The notes under the pieces: generated by a model
The model's database searches: none
Seen by the model: the letters and a program-made list of their open reading frames with translations, nothing else
Told to the model about the DNA's origin: nothing
Position numbers and translations under genes: made by a program
Origin: Flavobacteriales bacterium
Lineage (GTDB): Bacteria > Bacteroidota > Bacteroidia > Flavobacteriales_F > PHOS-HE28
Direction: 5' to 3'
DNA: 64,000 bases
NCBI GenBank assembly: GCA_016703005.1
Contig: JADJCX010000033.1
Location: forward strand, 297,767 to 361,766
Shown: piece by piece, positions 20,660 through 31,568 of the stretch
How positions within the stretch are numbered: position 1 is the first letter of the stretch
How the letters are laid out: each line of letters opens with the position of its first letter

Positions 20660-21120
20660 GGAATACCCAAGCGCTTGTACACCTTCACCAGAAGCCACGC
20701 TGGTCCAACCAAGAGAAAGGCCAAGTCCTTCAAGAAACTGGGCTTCTTGCCTTCAACCTTGTGGCCATAGAACTGGCCCACCCAAGCAACAGAGAAGATC
20801 ACAAGGCATATGGCCCACAGCGGCCATGGGGCATACTCATCCAGCCAGCGCACGGCCACTATGCACAGGTAGCTGACGAGGGCCATGCCGATCATGATGC
20901 TGATCGAGAGCCTCACGTAGAACAGGAGAAGGGCAAATGCGATCACCAGTTTGGCCCACGGCACTTGCCCAAGCCATGGAAATTCGGCAGGAGGGATGCT
21001 CCCCAACAAGCCGATAACACTGAAGAAGATCGCGGGCACGCACACCCAATGGATGGCGATGTTGGTTGCGTTGCCGTGGTTCTCGCTGTATTCGCCGAAC
21101 CAGCTTTCTGCGCTGCGCAT
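20653..21120 (-). CDS. DUF962 (Mpo1-like) membrane protein
   Basis: 155 aa with four TM helices and a conserved HxxxGxxxH-like pattern. Confidence 0.55.
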   Translation of the reverse strand: MRSAESWFGEYSENHGNATNIAIHWVCVPAIFFSVIGLLGSIPPAEFPWLGQVPWAKLVIAFALLLFYVRLSISIMIGMALVSYLCIVAVRWLDEYAPWPLWAICLVIFSVAWVGQFYGHKVEGKKPSFLKDLAFLLVGPAWLLVKVYKRLGIPY

Positions 21121-21124
21121 AACG

Positions 21125-21640
21125 CTACAGGTATCGTTCGCGGATAACCCCGGCGTGGTGCACCGCGTGCCCTGCGATGATCCAGCCCAAAGCGCGCACG
21201 CTCACGTTCTGACCGTTCGCCGTGCCCTGACGCAGCAACATGTCCGGACTGAAGCTCTCGAAGAGCTTCTCGGTCGAACTGCGGACGATGTCATGTTCCT
21301 CCAACAGATCCGCCACGCTGCGACGCTCCGTGCTGCTGCTTGCCACGTATTCGTTCTCGTCGAACCCGGGAAGCTCCGTGCCGTCCTGTCGGGCGAAGCG
21401 CATGGCACGGTATGCGAACACGCGCTCGCTATCGATCAGATGTTGCAGGATATCCTTGATCGTCCACTTTCCTTCGGCGTAGCGGTATTCGGCCTTATCG
21501 GCCCTTACACCCTCCACGGTTTTGTGCAGGAGCGCGGATGCATGGCCGAGGGCATGGTGTATGCTCACCCCATCGGCACGCTGGATGTAGTTCAAATAGT
21601 ACGACGCGGCTTCGTCCGGGCCGGGTTTGCTGCTGGGCAT
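21125..21640 (-). CDS. DinB-family (DinB_2) metal-dependent hydrolase-like protein
   Basis: 171 aa with the conserved His triad pattern of DinB/YfiT-like proteins. Confidence 0.7.
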   Translation of the reverse strand: MPSSKPGPDEAASYYLNYIQRADGVSIHHALGHASALLHKTVEGVRADKAEYRYAEGKWTIKDILQHLIDSERVFAYRAMRFARQDGTELPGFDENEYVASSSTERRSVADLLEEHDIVRSSTEKLFESFSPDMLLRQGTANGQNVSVRALGWIIAGHAVHHAGVIRERYL

Positions 21641-21681
21641 GGTCTTCGGTTAAGGCGCACCAAGGTGCGGTCCCGCCGGGA

Positions 21682-22950
21682 TCATTCCAAAATGATCCGC
21701 AAGGCAGTCGCGCTGTTCACCGGAACAAGTCGCGCAACGAACGCCCCGTGAAGATCTTCAGGAAGCGGGATCGTCGTAGTGGCCGACGAATGCTTCAAGG
21801 CGTGCTGAAATACAACGCGTCCGCTCACGTCCAAAAGTGTCAACACCGCAGGGCTGGGGCAATGCGAGATCCGCACACCCCGACCGGTCTGCGTGATCGA
21901 AATGGCGACCGGCGCTGCGGATACCTGTGGAGGAACCCCGAGTACCGCGCTAGTTGCAAGCCTCATGGTTATGGGCAGGTGATCGCTCATGTAGTAAAGC
22001 TTTCGCAGGATGTGATACGGCGTTTGGAGGGTACTGCACCCGGTAATGTTCCCGTTCCAGCAGGTTCCGCTATTTCCCAACGGTCGGTATGATCCGGGCA
22101 CCATTTGCAGGCTGGCCCCGCCATTCACCATGTCGTCGCTGATCAGCAGCATGTCGAACCGATCGTCCAATCCTCCGCCCGCACCATCGCCGAAAAGGGT
22201 GTTCACCCGCGTGCTTTGGGTATGGATATCGGCGAACCCCGATCCACTCCAGTTGGATCCCTCAAGGTCGAGCGGATCAGCGATCTGGATATCGCCGGCA
22301 GGCGCCAGTAGTGTGGTAAATGCCGGTTCAGTGCCGGTGTAAATGTTGAAGTCGCCTCCGATGATCACTTGCCGACCGGCCGGTAGTGTTGCCAAGTGGT
22401 CCCAAAGTGTTTGGGCCATGTCCGTGCGATCGTCGATGTCCGGCTGGCTGTTGCTCGCTTTCAAATGCAGCGCGCATAAAGTGAGGAAGGTGGTGTCGCC
22501 TTGGAAGATCCCGTTATCGCGCAGATACAAGGTGTACACATTGATGTCCCTGACGTCCGTGTACAACAACATCTGGTCCCGAAGGCCCAGTTTGTTGTGG
22601 TCATAGAAAATGGTTTGCGCCAACTTGATGGTCGCCCAAGGTGCACTTTGCTGCGGCACGAAAGCGGCCATGCTGAACCGATCGACCCCGCTCGTGTTCA
22701 GCGCTTCATCCAGAACCAATTGAGCAGCGGCAGCGGTATGGATCTCTTCGGCAATGAGCAGGTCCACCGGATGCCATGCAAGTATTCCGGCCAGCGTATC
22801 AACCTTGCCGAACGGGTTCGGATCAGGGAAGTTGAGCAGGTTGTAGCTCATCACCCGAAGCGTATCCTGAGCGCGCGCTACACTGGTAATGGCGAAGGCG
22901 AGGACAGTGATGTAGCGGAGCACGATATTGTTCGGTGGGCGGGGCAGCAA
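21682..22950 (-). CDS. Secreted endonuclease/exonuclease/phosphatase (EEP) family protein with a T9SS C-terminal sorting domain
   Basis: Signal peptide, an EEP fold (VMSYNLLNF...) and a Por-secretion tail (...GAFVARLVPVNSATALRIIL). Confidence 0.7.
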   Translation of the reverse strand: MLPRPPNNIVLRYITVLAFAITSVARAQDTLRVMSYNLLNFPDPNPFGKVDTLAGILAWHPVDLLIAEEIHTAAAAQLVLDEALNTSGVDRFSMAAFVPQQSAPWATIKLAQTIFYDHNKLGLRDQMLLYTDVRDINVYTLYLRDNGIFQGDTTFLTLCALHLKASNSQPDIDDRTDMAQTLWDHLATLPAGRQVIIGGDFNIYTGTEPAFTTLLAPAGDIQIADPLDLEGSNWSGSGFADIHTQSTRVNTLFGDGAGGGLDDRFDMLLISDDMVNGGASLQMVPGSYRPLGNSGTCWNGNITGCSTLQTPYHILRKLYYMSDHLPITMRLATSAVLGVPPQVSAAPVAISITQTGRGVRISHCPSPAVLTLLDVSGRVVFQHALKHSSATTTIPLPEDLHGAFVARLVPVNSATALRIILE

Positions 22951-22951
22951 G

Positions 22952-23884
22952 TTACCGGACCACTTCCACCGCCCGGGCTTCTTGGCTCCCGGCGATCTCC
23001 TTCAGCATCAGGTACCAACCTTTCTTCGACTTCCACCAACCGCTCTCCGGGCATTCCGGGTCGGGTATGGAGATCACACCGACGGAGACATCGTCCCCCA
23101 GTGCTTCCTTGTATAGCGCACGTGATCTGCGAGCATGCACTCCGAGGGTAACAACATCGAGCGCCGTGATCCCCTTTCCGTTCAAGTGGAACGCCAATGT
23201 TGATGCATTGGCCCATGATCGACTGATGGGGTCGCCACCGGCAGGCACCGGTGTGATAGCCGTGCCCGAGATGCCGGTCCCTTCAAGGATATGCGCACTA
23301 TGTTCAGCATAGGTCAGATCACCATCGCGTGAGGAACTGTCGGGCGAAACGATGCGGATACGTATGCCGAGTTCATGAGCGCTGATCCCATCGAACCGCA
23401 GTGAGTGGATGAACACGGAAGGTGGCCCTGGTTGGGGATATTGCGGGTCGGCGATGATGCGAAGGTCAGTAAGAGCAACGCTGTGATCGACCCCATGGGT
23501 CGTGATCCGATCGGTCATGGGTACATGGAGCAGCGTATCCTCACCGGACTTCACCACGGCGCTGCAACCCGGCAACCCGGCCAAACCGATCTCGAAGCCT
23601 TTCGCCGTGTTCGGCAGACCGGAAACATCAAGTCGATCGCCGGGTGCCAGGTAGTAGGCGAAGGGTCGGGTGGTTCCAGTTGTGTAAATGCGCTCATAGC
23701 CGCCGGTCGTAAAGAGCCTTGCAGCTTGCTCAATGGCGTCATCGTCCATCCAGCCTTCCACCACCAGCACTTTGCCTCCGCTGCGTTCGGTGATCGCGAG
23801 CCATGGATGTGCGAAGAACAGCAGCACCAAGCCAACAACACTCACCACTACCAGCGTGAACAATATCCTTCTCATCCACTTCAT
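22952..23884 (-). CDS. DUF218 (ElyC/SanA/YdcF-like) membrane-anchored protein
   Basis: N-terminal TM helix and a C-terminal region with the GVHARRSRALYKEAL motif resembling DUF218. Confidence 0.45.
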   Translation of the reverse strand: MKWMRRILFTLVVVSVVGLVLLFFAHPWLAITERSGGKVLVVEGWMDDDAIEQAARLFTTGGYERIYTTGTTRPFAYYLAPGDRLDVSGLPNTAKGFEIGLAGLPGCSAVVKSGEDTLLHVPMTDRITTHGVDHSVALTDLRIIADPQYPQPGPPSVFIHSLRFDGISAHELGIRIRIVSPDSSSRDGDLTYAEHSAHILEGTGISGTAITPVPAGGDPISRSWANASTLAFHLNGKGITALDVVTLGVHARRSRALYKEALGDDVSVGVISIPDPECPESGWWKSKKGWYLMLKEIAGSQEARAVEVVR

Positions 23885-24117
23885 TCGAACGCCTCCATCA
23901 AGGTGTTGCGCAACTCGTTCAACTCTCCGCGCGCTTTTCGATCAGCGTTCACCAAGCATTGCAGCATGCCCGCTTCACAAGCCGCAACAGCTTCCATCGT
24001 TCGCCCAACATCTGCAAGCTAAACGCTTGTGTTCAAGGGCTATAGCGTATCGCAGGAACACATCGTGAGGTTCTTCGGCAAGCATGGCTTGCAACTGCGT
24101 CATCCGGTCGGTGCTCA
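23880..24117 (-). CDS. Small TPR-like protein, apparently frameshifted near 24017
   Basis: MSTDRMTQLQAMLAEEPHDVFLRYAIALEHKRL (frame A) continues plausibly only in frame B (...ADVGRTMEAVAACEAGMLQCLVNADRKARGELNELRNTLMEAFE*). The stop overlaps the downstream ATG as ATGA, indicating translational coupling. Not in the ORF track because the fragments are under 60 aa. Confidence 0.35.
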
Positions 24118-24125
24118 TTGAGTGA

Positions 24126-24809
24126 TCAATGAAGAACAGGAGAGGCACCCTGTTGAAGCACCGAACCGTTGCTCATTTCCACGATGCGATCGGCAATGTG
24201 CGCGGCGTCCTGCGCATCGTGACTAACGATCACTGCCGTCATGCCCAGCCGCTTCAATAGGTGTTTCACTTCGCTGCGTACGGTTGATCGCGTGGCGCTG
24301 TCGAGATCGCTGAACGGCTCGTCCATCAGCAGCAGTTTGGGCTTTCGTGCCAGCGACCGGGCAATGGCCACGCGCTGTTGTTGGCCGCCGCTGAGCTGAT
24401 GCGGATAGCGGTCCCCGAGTTCTTCCAGCCCGAGCAGTTCAAGGTGTTCCTCTACCACTTTGTTCCTTTCGGACTTGTCGAGATGCCGGAGCCCGAAGGC
24501 GATATTCCGCTGGACCGTTAGGTGCGGGAACAAAGCATGGCCTTGGAACACGTATCCCACAGGACGGTCTTCGGTGGGCACCATACGACCCGGGCTACTG
24601 AGGACAGCGCCATCAAGCAGAATGGTTCCGGCAGTGGGTACCTCCAGGCCCGCGATCAACCGCAGCAATGTGCTTTTACCGCAACCGCTGGGACCGGTCA
24701 GAACAAGGATCTCGTGCGCATCGACGCCGATGCCAGCAGATCGAAGCACAGGCTTTCCGTTCGGGTACGAGAAAGAAAGCCCTGTGATCCGAAGTAATGC
24801 GTTGCTCAT
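24126..24809 (-). CDS. ABC transporter ATP-binding protein (FbpC/CysA-like, no TOBE domain)
   Basis: Walker [13 protein letters not shown] signature [13 protein letters not shown] and Walker B LLLMDEP. Confidence 0.85.
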   Translation of the reverse strand: MSNALLRITGLSFSYPNGKPVLRSAGIGVDAHEILVLTGPSGCGKSTLLRLIAGLEVPTAGTILLDGAVLSSPGRMVPTEDRPVGYVFQGHALFPHLTVQRNIAFGLRHLDKSERNKVVEEHLELLGLEELGDRYPHQLSGGQQQRVAIARSLARKPKLLLMDEPFSDLDSATRSTVRSEVKHLLKRLGMTAVIVSHDAQDAAHIADRIVEMSNGSVLQQGASPVLH

Positions 24810-26374
24810 TGGCGGGGCCGTCCATGAAGGCGGTCGAGCGCCAACACGGGAACCAGTGCGCAAAGTACGATCGCTAAGGCTGGTAGGGCAGCCTCACGTA
24901 CCTGCTCGATCCGTGTGTAGCGATGTACCGACGTGCTCAGCGTATCGAAGTCGAACGGTCGCATGATCAGCGTGAGCGGGAGTTCCTTCATCACCTCAAG
25001 CACGACCAACAGGACCGCGGCGATGAGCGCTGGGCGGAGCAGGGCAGGTTCACGCTGAAGAACGGCGCATGGGAGGCCCCCAAGGAGCGTGCGGACTCAT
25101 CTAGTGCTATGGATTGTTGTGCAAGGCCAGCATTGATGGGTTGGGCGGCGACCGCGAGGAACCGCACGCTGAACGCATATACAAGCAGGGGCAGGGTGCC
25201 GATCATCATCAGCCTGCTGCTTATGCCCATGGTCGCGAGTTGTGTATCAAGGCCACCAGCCAAGCCCATTACGCCCACGGCGATAACGGCCCCTGGAACG
25301 ACGTAACCCAGCCGCGCCAACCAAGACAACCAGCCACGTTGCCTTTGCGAAGCGCTCACTCCATGCCAGGACCAACGCGATGAGCAACGTAATAGCCGCG
25401 GCCCATGCGCCCACATGAAGGGTGTTCATGGTCGCAATGCCCAGTTCGGATATGAGGCTCATATTCACCACGTCGACGGCATCACGGATCAACACTCCAA
25501 TGGGCAACGCGCTGCTGAAGAAGAACAACAGGATGCAAGCGGCAATGACCAACCAACGCTGTTTTCCGCACAATGCGGTCCGCTTCATGGGGCGATGGTC
25601 CGCGTTGCGCAAGCCCTTTCGGCGCAACATCCGTTCGGTGATCAACAAGGTGGCCACCAAGACCAGCAATACAGTTGCCAGCCGCATTGCGCTGCCCTGA
25701 TCGTAAAGCCCTCCCCAGCTGCGGAAGATGCCCGTTGTGAGCGTCGCAGCACCGTAGTGTTTCACTGCCCCGTAGTCGTTCAATGATTCCATGCAGACCA
25801 GAACCGCCCCGCCGACGATCGCTGGTCTTGCCAAGGGCAGGGCGATCGCTACAAAGCGCCGGAACGGTGAAGCGCCCAACGTTCTTGACGCTTCGAACGC
25901 ATCCGTAAGACCTCCGCTGAACGCTGCACGTGCGGGCAGATACACGTAAGGGAAGAGCACTACTGCCAACACGATGCATAGGCCGGGCAGGTTCATGATG
26001 TCCATGCGCACTCCGAGGAGATCGTTGAATGCCAAGCTCCACGTGCCCGTCGCACCGAGTACGCCCGCATAGGCCAACGCGCTGATGTAGGTGGGCAGCG
26101 CCAGCGGCAACACGAAGGCCCAACTGAAGAACCGACGGCCCGGAAAATCGAACATCGCAATACACCATGCGCTGCCCACGCCCAGTAACGTGGCCAGCGT
26201 TACAGTGCCCGCCAGCAGTATGAGGGTCCCGGCAAGATGCTGCCAGAGGAAAGCACCGCCGACGTAATCCCATTGAGGAGCAGTGATGTGGAAGGGTGCC
26301 ACCAGAACAACCAGTATAGGAAGGCACAGCAACAATGCTGCAATTGCGGCAATGATGCTGAGCGCGCGCGTCAT
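24806..26374 (-). pseudogene. Fe(3+)-type ABC transporter permease (FbpB-like, two-domain), disrupted by two frameshifts
   Basis: Three consecutive ORF fragments (26374-25247, 25416-24991, 25009-24806) together span a single ~520-aa double permease. The shifts are at about 25305 (GGGTTAC) and about 25042 (G/C run). The last fragment carries the conserved ELPLTLIMRPFDFDTLST C-terminus. Confidence 0.7.
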
Positions 26375-26423
26375 AGTGAATGGAAGGCCGGTTGGCTATG
26401 CATCGGGCCGGGACTGGAACCCA

Positions 26424-27470
26424 TCACTTCCAGCCCGCTTCGCCCATGACTTTCACGGCCTCGGCGTTGAACTCGTCAAGCTTACTCAGCTCAAGACTGT
26501 CCTGCACCAACGTGCCGAAAGCCTACAAGGCGGGTGCAGCAGCCACACCGGATTTCACAGGGAATTCCATGTTGCCTTCGGCGAAAACGCGTTGCGCAAC
26601 ATCGCTGCTCAGGAACTCGATGAGCTTGATCGCGTTCTCCTTGTTATTCGCGTGCCGCGCAACGCCCGCACCGCTAACGTTCACATGTGTTCCAGTGGAT
26701 CCGCCCAGGCCCGGGTATGACACGGCGATCACATCTCTTGCTTTCTGCTTTGCACTTGTGGTGTCCGTCAGCAGCTTGCCGATGTAGTAGCTGTTCACCA
26801 GTGCCACTTCGCCCAAGCCTTCTCCAATAGCCAGCATCTGGTCGGTATCCCCGCCTTTTGGGTCGCGGGCCATATTGGCCACGATGCCTTTGCACCAATC
26901 CAAGGTCTTTTCACGGCCGAAGTGCGCGATCATGGCGGCTACAAGGCTCTGGTTGTACGTGTTCTCGCTGCTGCGCACCAACAACTTGCCCTTGAAGCGC
27001 GGGCCAGTGAGCGCATCGTAGCTCGCTACTTCCGTTGGCTTCACCCTGTTCTTGTCGTAGGCGATCACGCGGGCGCGCATGCTCAGGCCGTACCAATTGT
27101 GTTCAGCGTCGCGCAAGTGCTTTGGAACATTCGCATCCAGCACTTCGCTCCGCACGGGTTGAAGGAAACCAGCTTGTTTGCACAGACCCAAGCGACCGGC
27201 ATCGCTGGTGAGGATCACATCGGCTTGGCTATTGGGGCCTTCAGCCGCAAGCCGGGAGAGCAATTGGTCATCGTCGGCGTCGATCACGCGCACCGCGATC
27301 CCTGTGGCCTCCTCGAAATCGGCGAAGAGCTGTTTGTCCACATCATAGTGGCGATGGCTGTACACGTTCACAACCTGAGGTTCAGGCACGTTACCGACCG
27401 GTTCGGGTTGTGTTCCGCATGCAGCGATGAGGGCGGCGAGCGCAACGGGGAAGTGGAAGTTCTTGAACAA
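26424..27470 (-). pseudogene. Fe(3+) ABC transporter substrate-binding lipoprotein (FbpA/AfuA-like) with an in-frame TAG
   Basis: Lipobox LIAACG. The ORF stops at TAG (26521-26523), but the same frame continues with the expected FbpA C-terminus AFGTLVQDSLELSKLDEFNAEAVKVMGEAGWK* for 32 more codons. The TAG sits where a Lys (AAG) would be expected. Confidence 0.65.
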
Positions 27471-27642
27471 GATCTGTTGTTATATGGGGCGAAACTATCC
27501 CCGGCGATGGTGGTATGGAATACTGCGATCATGGTATTCTGGCCCGGTACGGGAACAACGTCTGCTGGGCCGGGAGCAGATCCGCGTTGACTTGTCCACG
27601 GACCATGCGAACCCGACGGGGGGGCGTGCGTATCAAGCCCGT

Positions 27643-28662
27643 ATGAAGTCGCTTACCCAACCCTTCACCAAACTGGCTTGTATCTTGGCAGCTACGGCCA
27701 CTGCCTTTGCGTTCGTTGAGCAATCTGCGGTTGTTCCGGTGCTGCTCTGCATGGCCTATGGAGCCCTGTGCATCGAATTCAGGACCCATACCGGCTACGT
27801 CCAGTTCATTCTGATGGTATTGGTGGGTGCAGCGATCGGTCTTTCGTTGGACATGCGGTACGGTTCGGCCCCCCTGACCACAACGGCAACCGTGCTCAGT
27901 GCCTTGGCCACGGTGTTGCGTCAGGCGTTCATGCAGCGGTTCACGTACGTACGCTATCTCTTGTTCGAGCCGGTGCTGATGATCTTGGCGATCGGCTGTC
28001 AGGTGGCAGCCATGGTCTCAACGGCCTTCACTTGGGATCTGTGGTTGCTCCCGTTCCTGCCCATAGTCTCCGCCGGTGTGCTCGTGGCGAACTATGCCTA
28101 CGACGGCATGGTGATGAAGCGCCGAACACAATTCGGCTACCGCATCCAGGTCGGCCAGCCGGCCCCGGCCATTGAACTCCCCGATCAGGACGGCACCCTT
28201 GTGCAACTTGCTGCTTATCGCGATCTGCACCCTGTGCTCTTGATCTTTGTGCGGGGTGATTGGTGCCCCGGTTGCCATATGATGTTGCGCACCTACGAAC
28301 GCAACCGCGAGGTGTTCCTCCGCAAGGGTGTGCATGTGCTGGCCATCGGGCCCGATAGCATAGATGTGAACAAGGACATGGTCGAGCGCCTCGGGGTAGG
28401 GTACAAGTTGCTCAGTGATCATGAGCAGCGCGTAAGCCGCCAGTTCGGTGTGGTATACAACAATCCGCTACTCGAACATGGCCTCGACTATGCTCAGGGC
28501 ATTCCGTTGCCGGCGTCCTTCCTCGTGGACAAGAAGGGAGTTATCCGCTACGTAAGCCGTCCTGATCGTGTGGGCGAATTCCTGAACCCCGAACTCATTT
28601 TCGGTGTGCTGGAAAGCATGCCCGACACAGCCAGCGAAGCATGGGTGCAGAAACGGGCCTGA
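27643..28662 (+). CDS. Membrane-anchored thioredoxin-fold redoxin (CxxC)
   Basis: About 5 TM helices N-terminally, and a C-terminal redoxin/AhpC-TSA-like domain with the WCPGC motif. Confidence 0.6.
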   Translation: MKSLTQPFTKLACILAATATAFAFVEQSAVVPVLLCMAYGALCIEFRTHTGYVQFILMVLVGAAIGLSLDMRYGSAPLTTTATVLSALATVLRQAFMQRFTYVRYLLFEPVLMILAIGCQVAAMVSTAFTWDLWLLPFLPIVSAGVLVANYAYDGMVMKRRTQFGYRIQVGQPAPAIELPDQDGTLVQLAAYRDLHPVLLIFVRGDWCPGCHMMLRTYERNREVFLRKGVHVLAIGPDSIDVNKDMVERLGVGYKLLSDHEQRVSRQFGVVYNNPLLEHGLDYAQGIPLPASFLVDKKGVIRYVSRPDRVGEFLNPELIFGVLESMPDTASEAWVQKRA

Positions 28663-29927
28663 TCTGGATCGTCCTGTCGGTTGTCCTGTTGCTCTCAACC
28701 GTGGGACTGGGTTTCGCCTATCGCCGTGCGCAAGAGACCACGGCAACCTTGACGAACGACTTGAGCGCTTACGCGCAGGTCATCGAGGGCAGCAACGATG
28801 CAGTGCTGGTGATCGATTTCGTTGATGGAAGGATCCTGCGGACGAATACCAGGGCCGCTGGTTTGCTCGGTCACACCAAGGAACGGCTGTTGGCCCTTAC
28901 CGTATTCGATCTGCACGCGCCGGAGCATTTGGCACAAAGCGCTATGCGTATTGCCGATGCATGGGAGAAGAAGGGGACCGTGTATTCGGACATTCCGTTC
29001 CGTTCCGCAACAGGCGACACCATTGCCGTTGAGTGCAGTACCACCGTTACCTATCATGGAGAGCGACCGGCCGTGGTGCTCTTCGCACGCGACATACGGG
29101 AGCGGTTGCAGTTGCAGCGCGCGGTGGAGGAGCAACAGCACCTGGTGCGCAGCAAGAGCGACGAGGTGCTCGCGAGCCTCCGGTATGCCAGCACGATCCA
29201 GTATGCCTTGCTTCCCACCGAAAATGCACTGCGCTCCTTGTTCAGCGATGCGTTCGTCCTGTTCAAACCGCGCGACATTGTCAGTGGTGATTTCCACTGG
29301 ACAGCGCGCGTTGGTGACACCGTACTTGTCGCGGTCGCCGACTGCACAGGCCACGGTGTCCCGGGCGCATTCCTCAGCGTGATCGGCAATTCACTGCTGC
29401 GCAGCATCGTGCTCGAACAAGGCATTACCGACCCAGCCTCCGTGCTAGGCCGATTGCGTGAAGGGATCGTTCAGGCTTTGCGCGGACCGGAACAAGGAAC
29501 GCACTTACGCGACGGCATGGACATCGCGTTGGTAGCTGTGGATCTGCGCACGCGTGCGGCCCGTTTCGCCGGTGCCATGAACCCCTTGTATGTGATCCGC
29601 AGGGTAGGGGACGCCCAGGAGCCGATCGAAACCAAAGGCGATCGGCTGCCGATCGGGTTCATCGATGGAATGGCCAAAGCGTTCACCACCCATTCAATGC
29701 AGTTGCTCCCGGGCGACAACCTGTACATGTTCTCCGATGGTTTTGCGGATCAGTTCGGCGGCGCCGAAGGCAAGAAGATCAAACCGGTCGGGTTCAAGCG
29801 CCTGTTGCTGGAAACCAGCAACCACGACATGGCGCAACAGCGGTCGGCCTTGGACAAGGCCTTCAGCGATTGGAAGATCGACCACGACCAAGTGGACGAT
29901 GTTCTGCTGGTAGGATTACAGGTCTGA
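28641..29927 (+). CDS. PAS-domain PP2C-type serine phosphatase (SpoIIE/RsbU family)
   Basis: TM helix, a PAS-like region and a PP2C/SpoIIE core (SGDFHW, DCTGHGV, DGFADQ). Confidence 0.8.
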   Translation: MGAETGLIWIVLSVVLLLSTVGLGFAYRRAQETTATLTNDLSAYAQVIEGSNDAVLVIDFVDGRILRTNTRAAGLLGHTKERLLALTVFDLHAPEHLAQSAMRIADAWEKKGTVYSDIPFRSATGDTIAVECSTTVTYHGERPAVVLFARDIRERLQLQRAVEEQQHLVRSKSDEVLASLRYASTIQYALLPTENALRSLFSDAFVLFKPRDIVSGDFHWTARVGDTVLVAVADCTGHGVPGAFLSVIGNSLLRSIVLEQGITDPASVLGRLREGIVQALRGPEQGTHLRDGMDIALVAVDLRTRAARFAGAMNPLYVIRRVGDAQEPIETKGDRLPIGFIDGMAKAFTTHSMQLLPGDNLYMFSDGFADQFGGAEGKKIKPVGFKRLLLETSNHDMAQQRSALDKAFSDWKIDHDQVDDVLLVGLQV

Positions 29928-30854
29928 GGCCCCCGCGCTATCGCGATCGACCACGGCGATCATGGCGGCGATATCGGTCGGTGCGATCCAGTTCCAATCA
30001 TCATTCCTCCGCATCCAGGTCATTTGGCGCTTCGCGAAGTTGCGGGTGTGCTGCTTGGCCATGGCTATGGCCTCCGCAAGCGTGAGCGCGCCATCGAAGT
30101 GCGCGAACAGCTCTTTGTAGCCAACTGTTTGCAGGGCGTTCAACTCGCGATGCGCCAGCAGACCGCGTGCCTCCTCGACAAGTCCTGCTTCGATCATTGC
30201 GTCGAATCGCGCATCGATGCGGGCGTAAAGTTCTGCTCTCGGTAGTTGCATTGCGATCCGCACGGTGTGCCACGGTCGCTTCTTGGCGTGTCCAATGCGC
30301 TGCGCGCTGAAGGGCCTGCCGCTGGCCAGACAAACCTCCAACGCACGGATGACACGGTGCGGATTGTGGGTGTCGATGCGCTCAATGATCGCCGGATCCA
30401 ATTGTGACAACCGTTCCAGCAACGGATCGAGCCCATGTTTGCGGAACCGGTCCTGGAGCTCAGTGCGGATGCGGTTATCGCCAAGCGGCATCGGATCCAA
30501 CCCGTTCACCACCGCATCGAGGTATAAGCCGCTTCCTCCGACCAGCACTGCGCTACCGTATTTGCTCAGCAGCTCCTCGATCACCGGAACCGACACGCGT
30601 TCATAAGCGCCCGCGCTCATGGAACCCGTAATTGCAAGGTTTCCGATGAAGTGGTGGGGCACCTGCTGCAGCTCATCAGCGCTTGGAAGCGCGGCACCAA
30701 TGCGCAGTGCATGGTAGAACTGCCGTGCATCGGCGCTTACCACTTCGGTCTTGAAGTGCTGTGCCAGTGCAACAGCAGCTGACGTTTTGCCGCTGGCGGT
30801 CGGGCCGCCGATCACGATGAGCGTTCCCAGCAGGCGCTCGTTGGCGGACATCAC
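29916..30854 (-). CDS. miaA: tRNA dimethylallyltransferase
   Basis: P-loop IGGPTASGKTS and MiaA core motifs. Confidence 0.9.
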   Translation of the reverse strand: MMSANERLLGTLIVIGGPTASGKTSAAVALAQHFKTEVVSADARQFYHALRIGAALPSADELQQVPHHFIGNLAITGSMSAGAYERVSVPVIEELLSKYGSAVLVGGSGLYLDAVVNGLDPMPLGDNRIRTELQDRFRKHGLDPLLERLSQLDPAIIERIDTHNPHRVIRALEVCLASGRPFSAQRIGHAKKRPWHTVRIAMQLPRAELYARIDARFDAMIEAGLVEEARGLLAHRELNALQTVGYKELFAHFDGALTLAEAIAMAKQHTRNFAKRQMTWMRRNDDWNWIAPTDIAAMIAVVDRDSAGASDL

Positions 30855-30863
30855 TTGGTGGGG

Positions 30864-31475
30864 TCAGTATTCCTCGGGCAACTGTTCGTGGCCGCTCAAG
30901 CCATCGTCCTCGCCGTGACCGAATTCATCGTGCTCCTCGCCTTCATCGGCACCGTGGCCCATGTCCTCATCGGCATCATAGATCTCCTCGGCTTCCTCCC
31001 GCATGTTCTCGCCTTCATCATCGGTGTCGTTGCCGGGCAGTAGGAGCGGATCCATGCGGCTCATTTCACCGGGGGCTTCGCCTTGGCTTAGGACCACTTG
31101 CGGGTAGCGTTTGCCCTTCACCGGTTCGGCGGCATGCACCAGTTCCACCATGAAGTTCCAGTTGAGCAGGAAGTCGTACACATAGATGTAGCGCTGCTTG
31201 GTGCTGCGCATATGGTCGCTGATCAGCACTTCGTGCATCAGCGCGGGCACAGGGCCGCCATCTTCCCCGAACCCCAGATCGGCCAACGGGATCTCAGTGC
31301 CTCTTCCCCAACCATCATCGCTCACGTAGAAACTGGCCATCTCCTCGCCCTTGAAGCCGAAGGCCTTCTTGATCGCTTTGTGCAGGTCTAGGAACGACTG
31401 CTCGTTGCGGATCTCGATGTCGCGGAAAGCCTCGCTCTTGTCTTCGATCAGAACACGGAACCGGTAGATGCGCAT
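30864..31475 (-). CDS. Plasmid pRiA4b ORF-3-like family protein with an acidic C-terminal tail
   Basis: MRIYRFRVLIEDKSEAFRDIEI...YIYVYDFLLNWNF pattern. Family recall only. Confidence 0.5.
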   Translation of the reverse strand: MRIYRFRVLIEDKSEAFRDIEIRNEQSFLDLHKAIKKAFGFKGEEMASFYVSDDGWGRGTEIPLADLGFGEDGGPVPALMHEVLISDHMRSTKQRYIYVYDFLLNWNFMVELVHAAEPVKGKRYPQVVLSQGEAPGEMSRMDPLLLPGNDTDDEGENMREEAEEIYDADEDMGHGADEGEEHDEFGHGEDDGLSGHEQLPEEY

Positions 31476-31568
31476 AGGTAGTGCGAGTGGCAGTGAACAG
31501 CAGCGTGGAATGGTCGGGGCCGCCGCGAAACTAATCCGGGCAGGCACTGGCGGAAGCACTCTTCGGGT

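Noticed and set aside
20123-20698. 191-aa minus ORF at the 3' end of the binding-protein gene
   Set aside because: It is antisense to the binding-protein coding sequence and has no motif.
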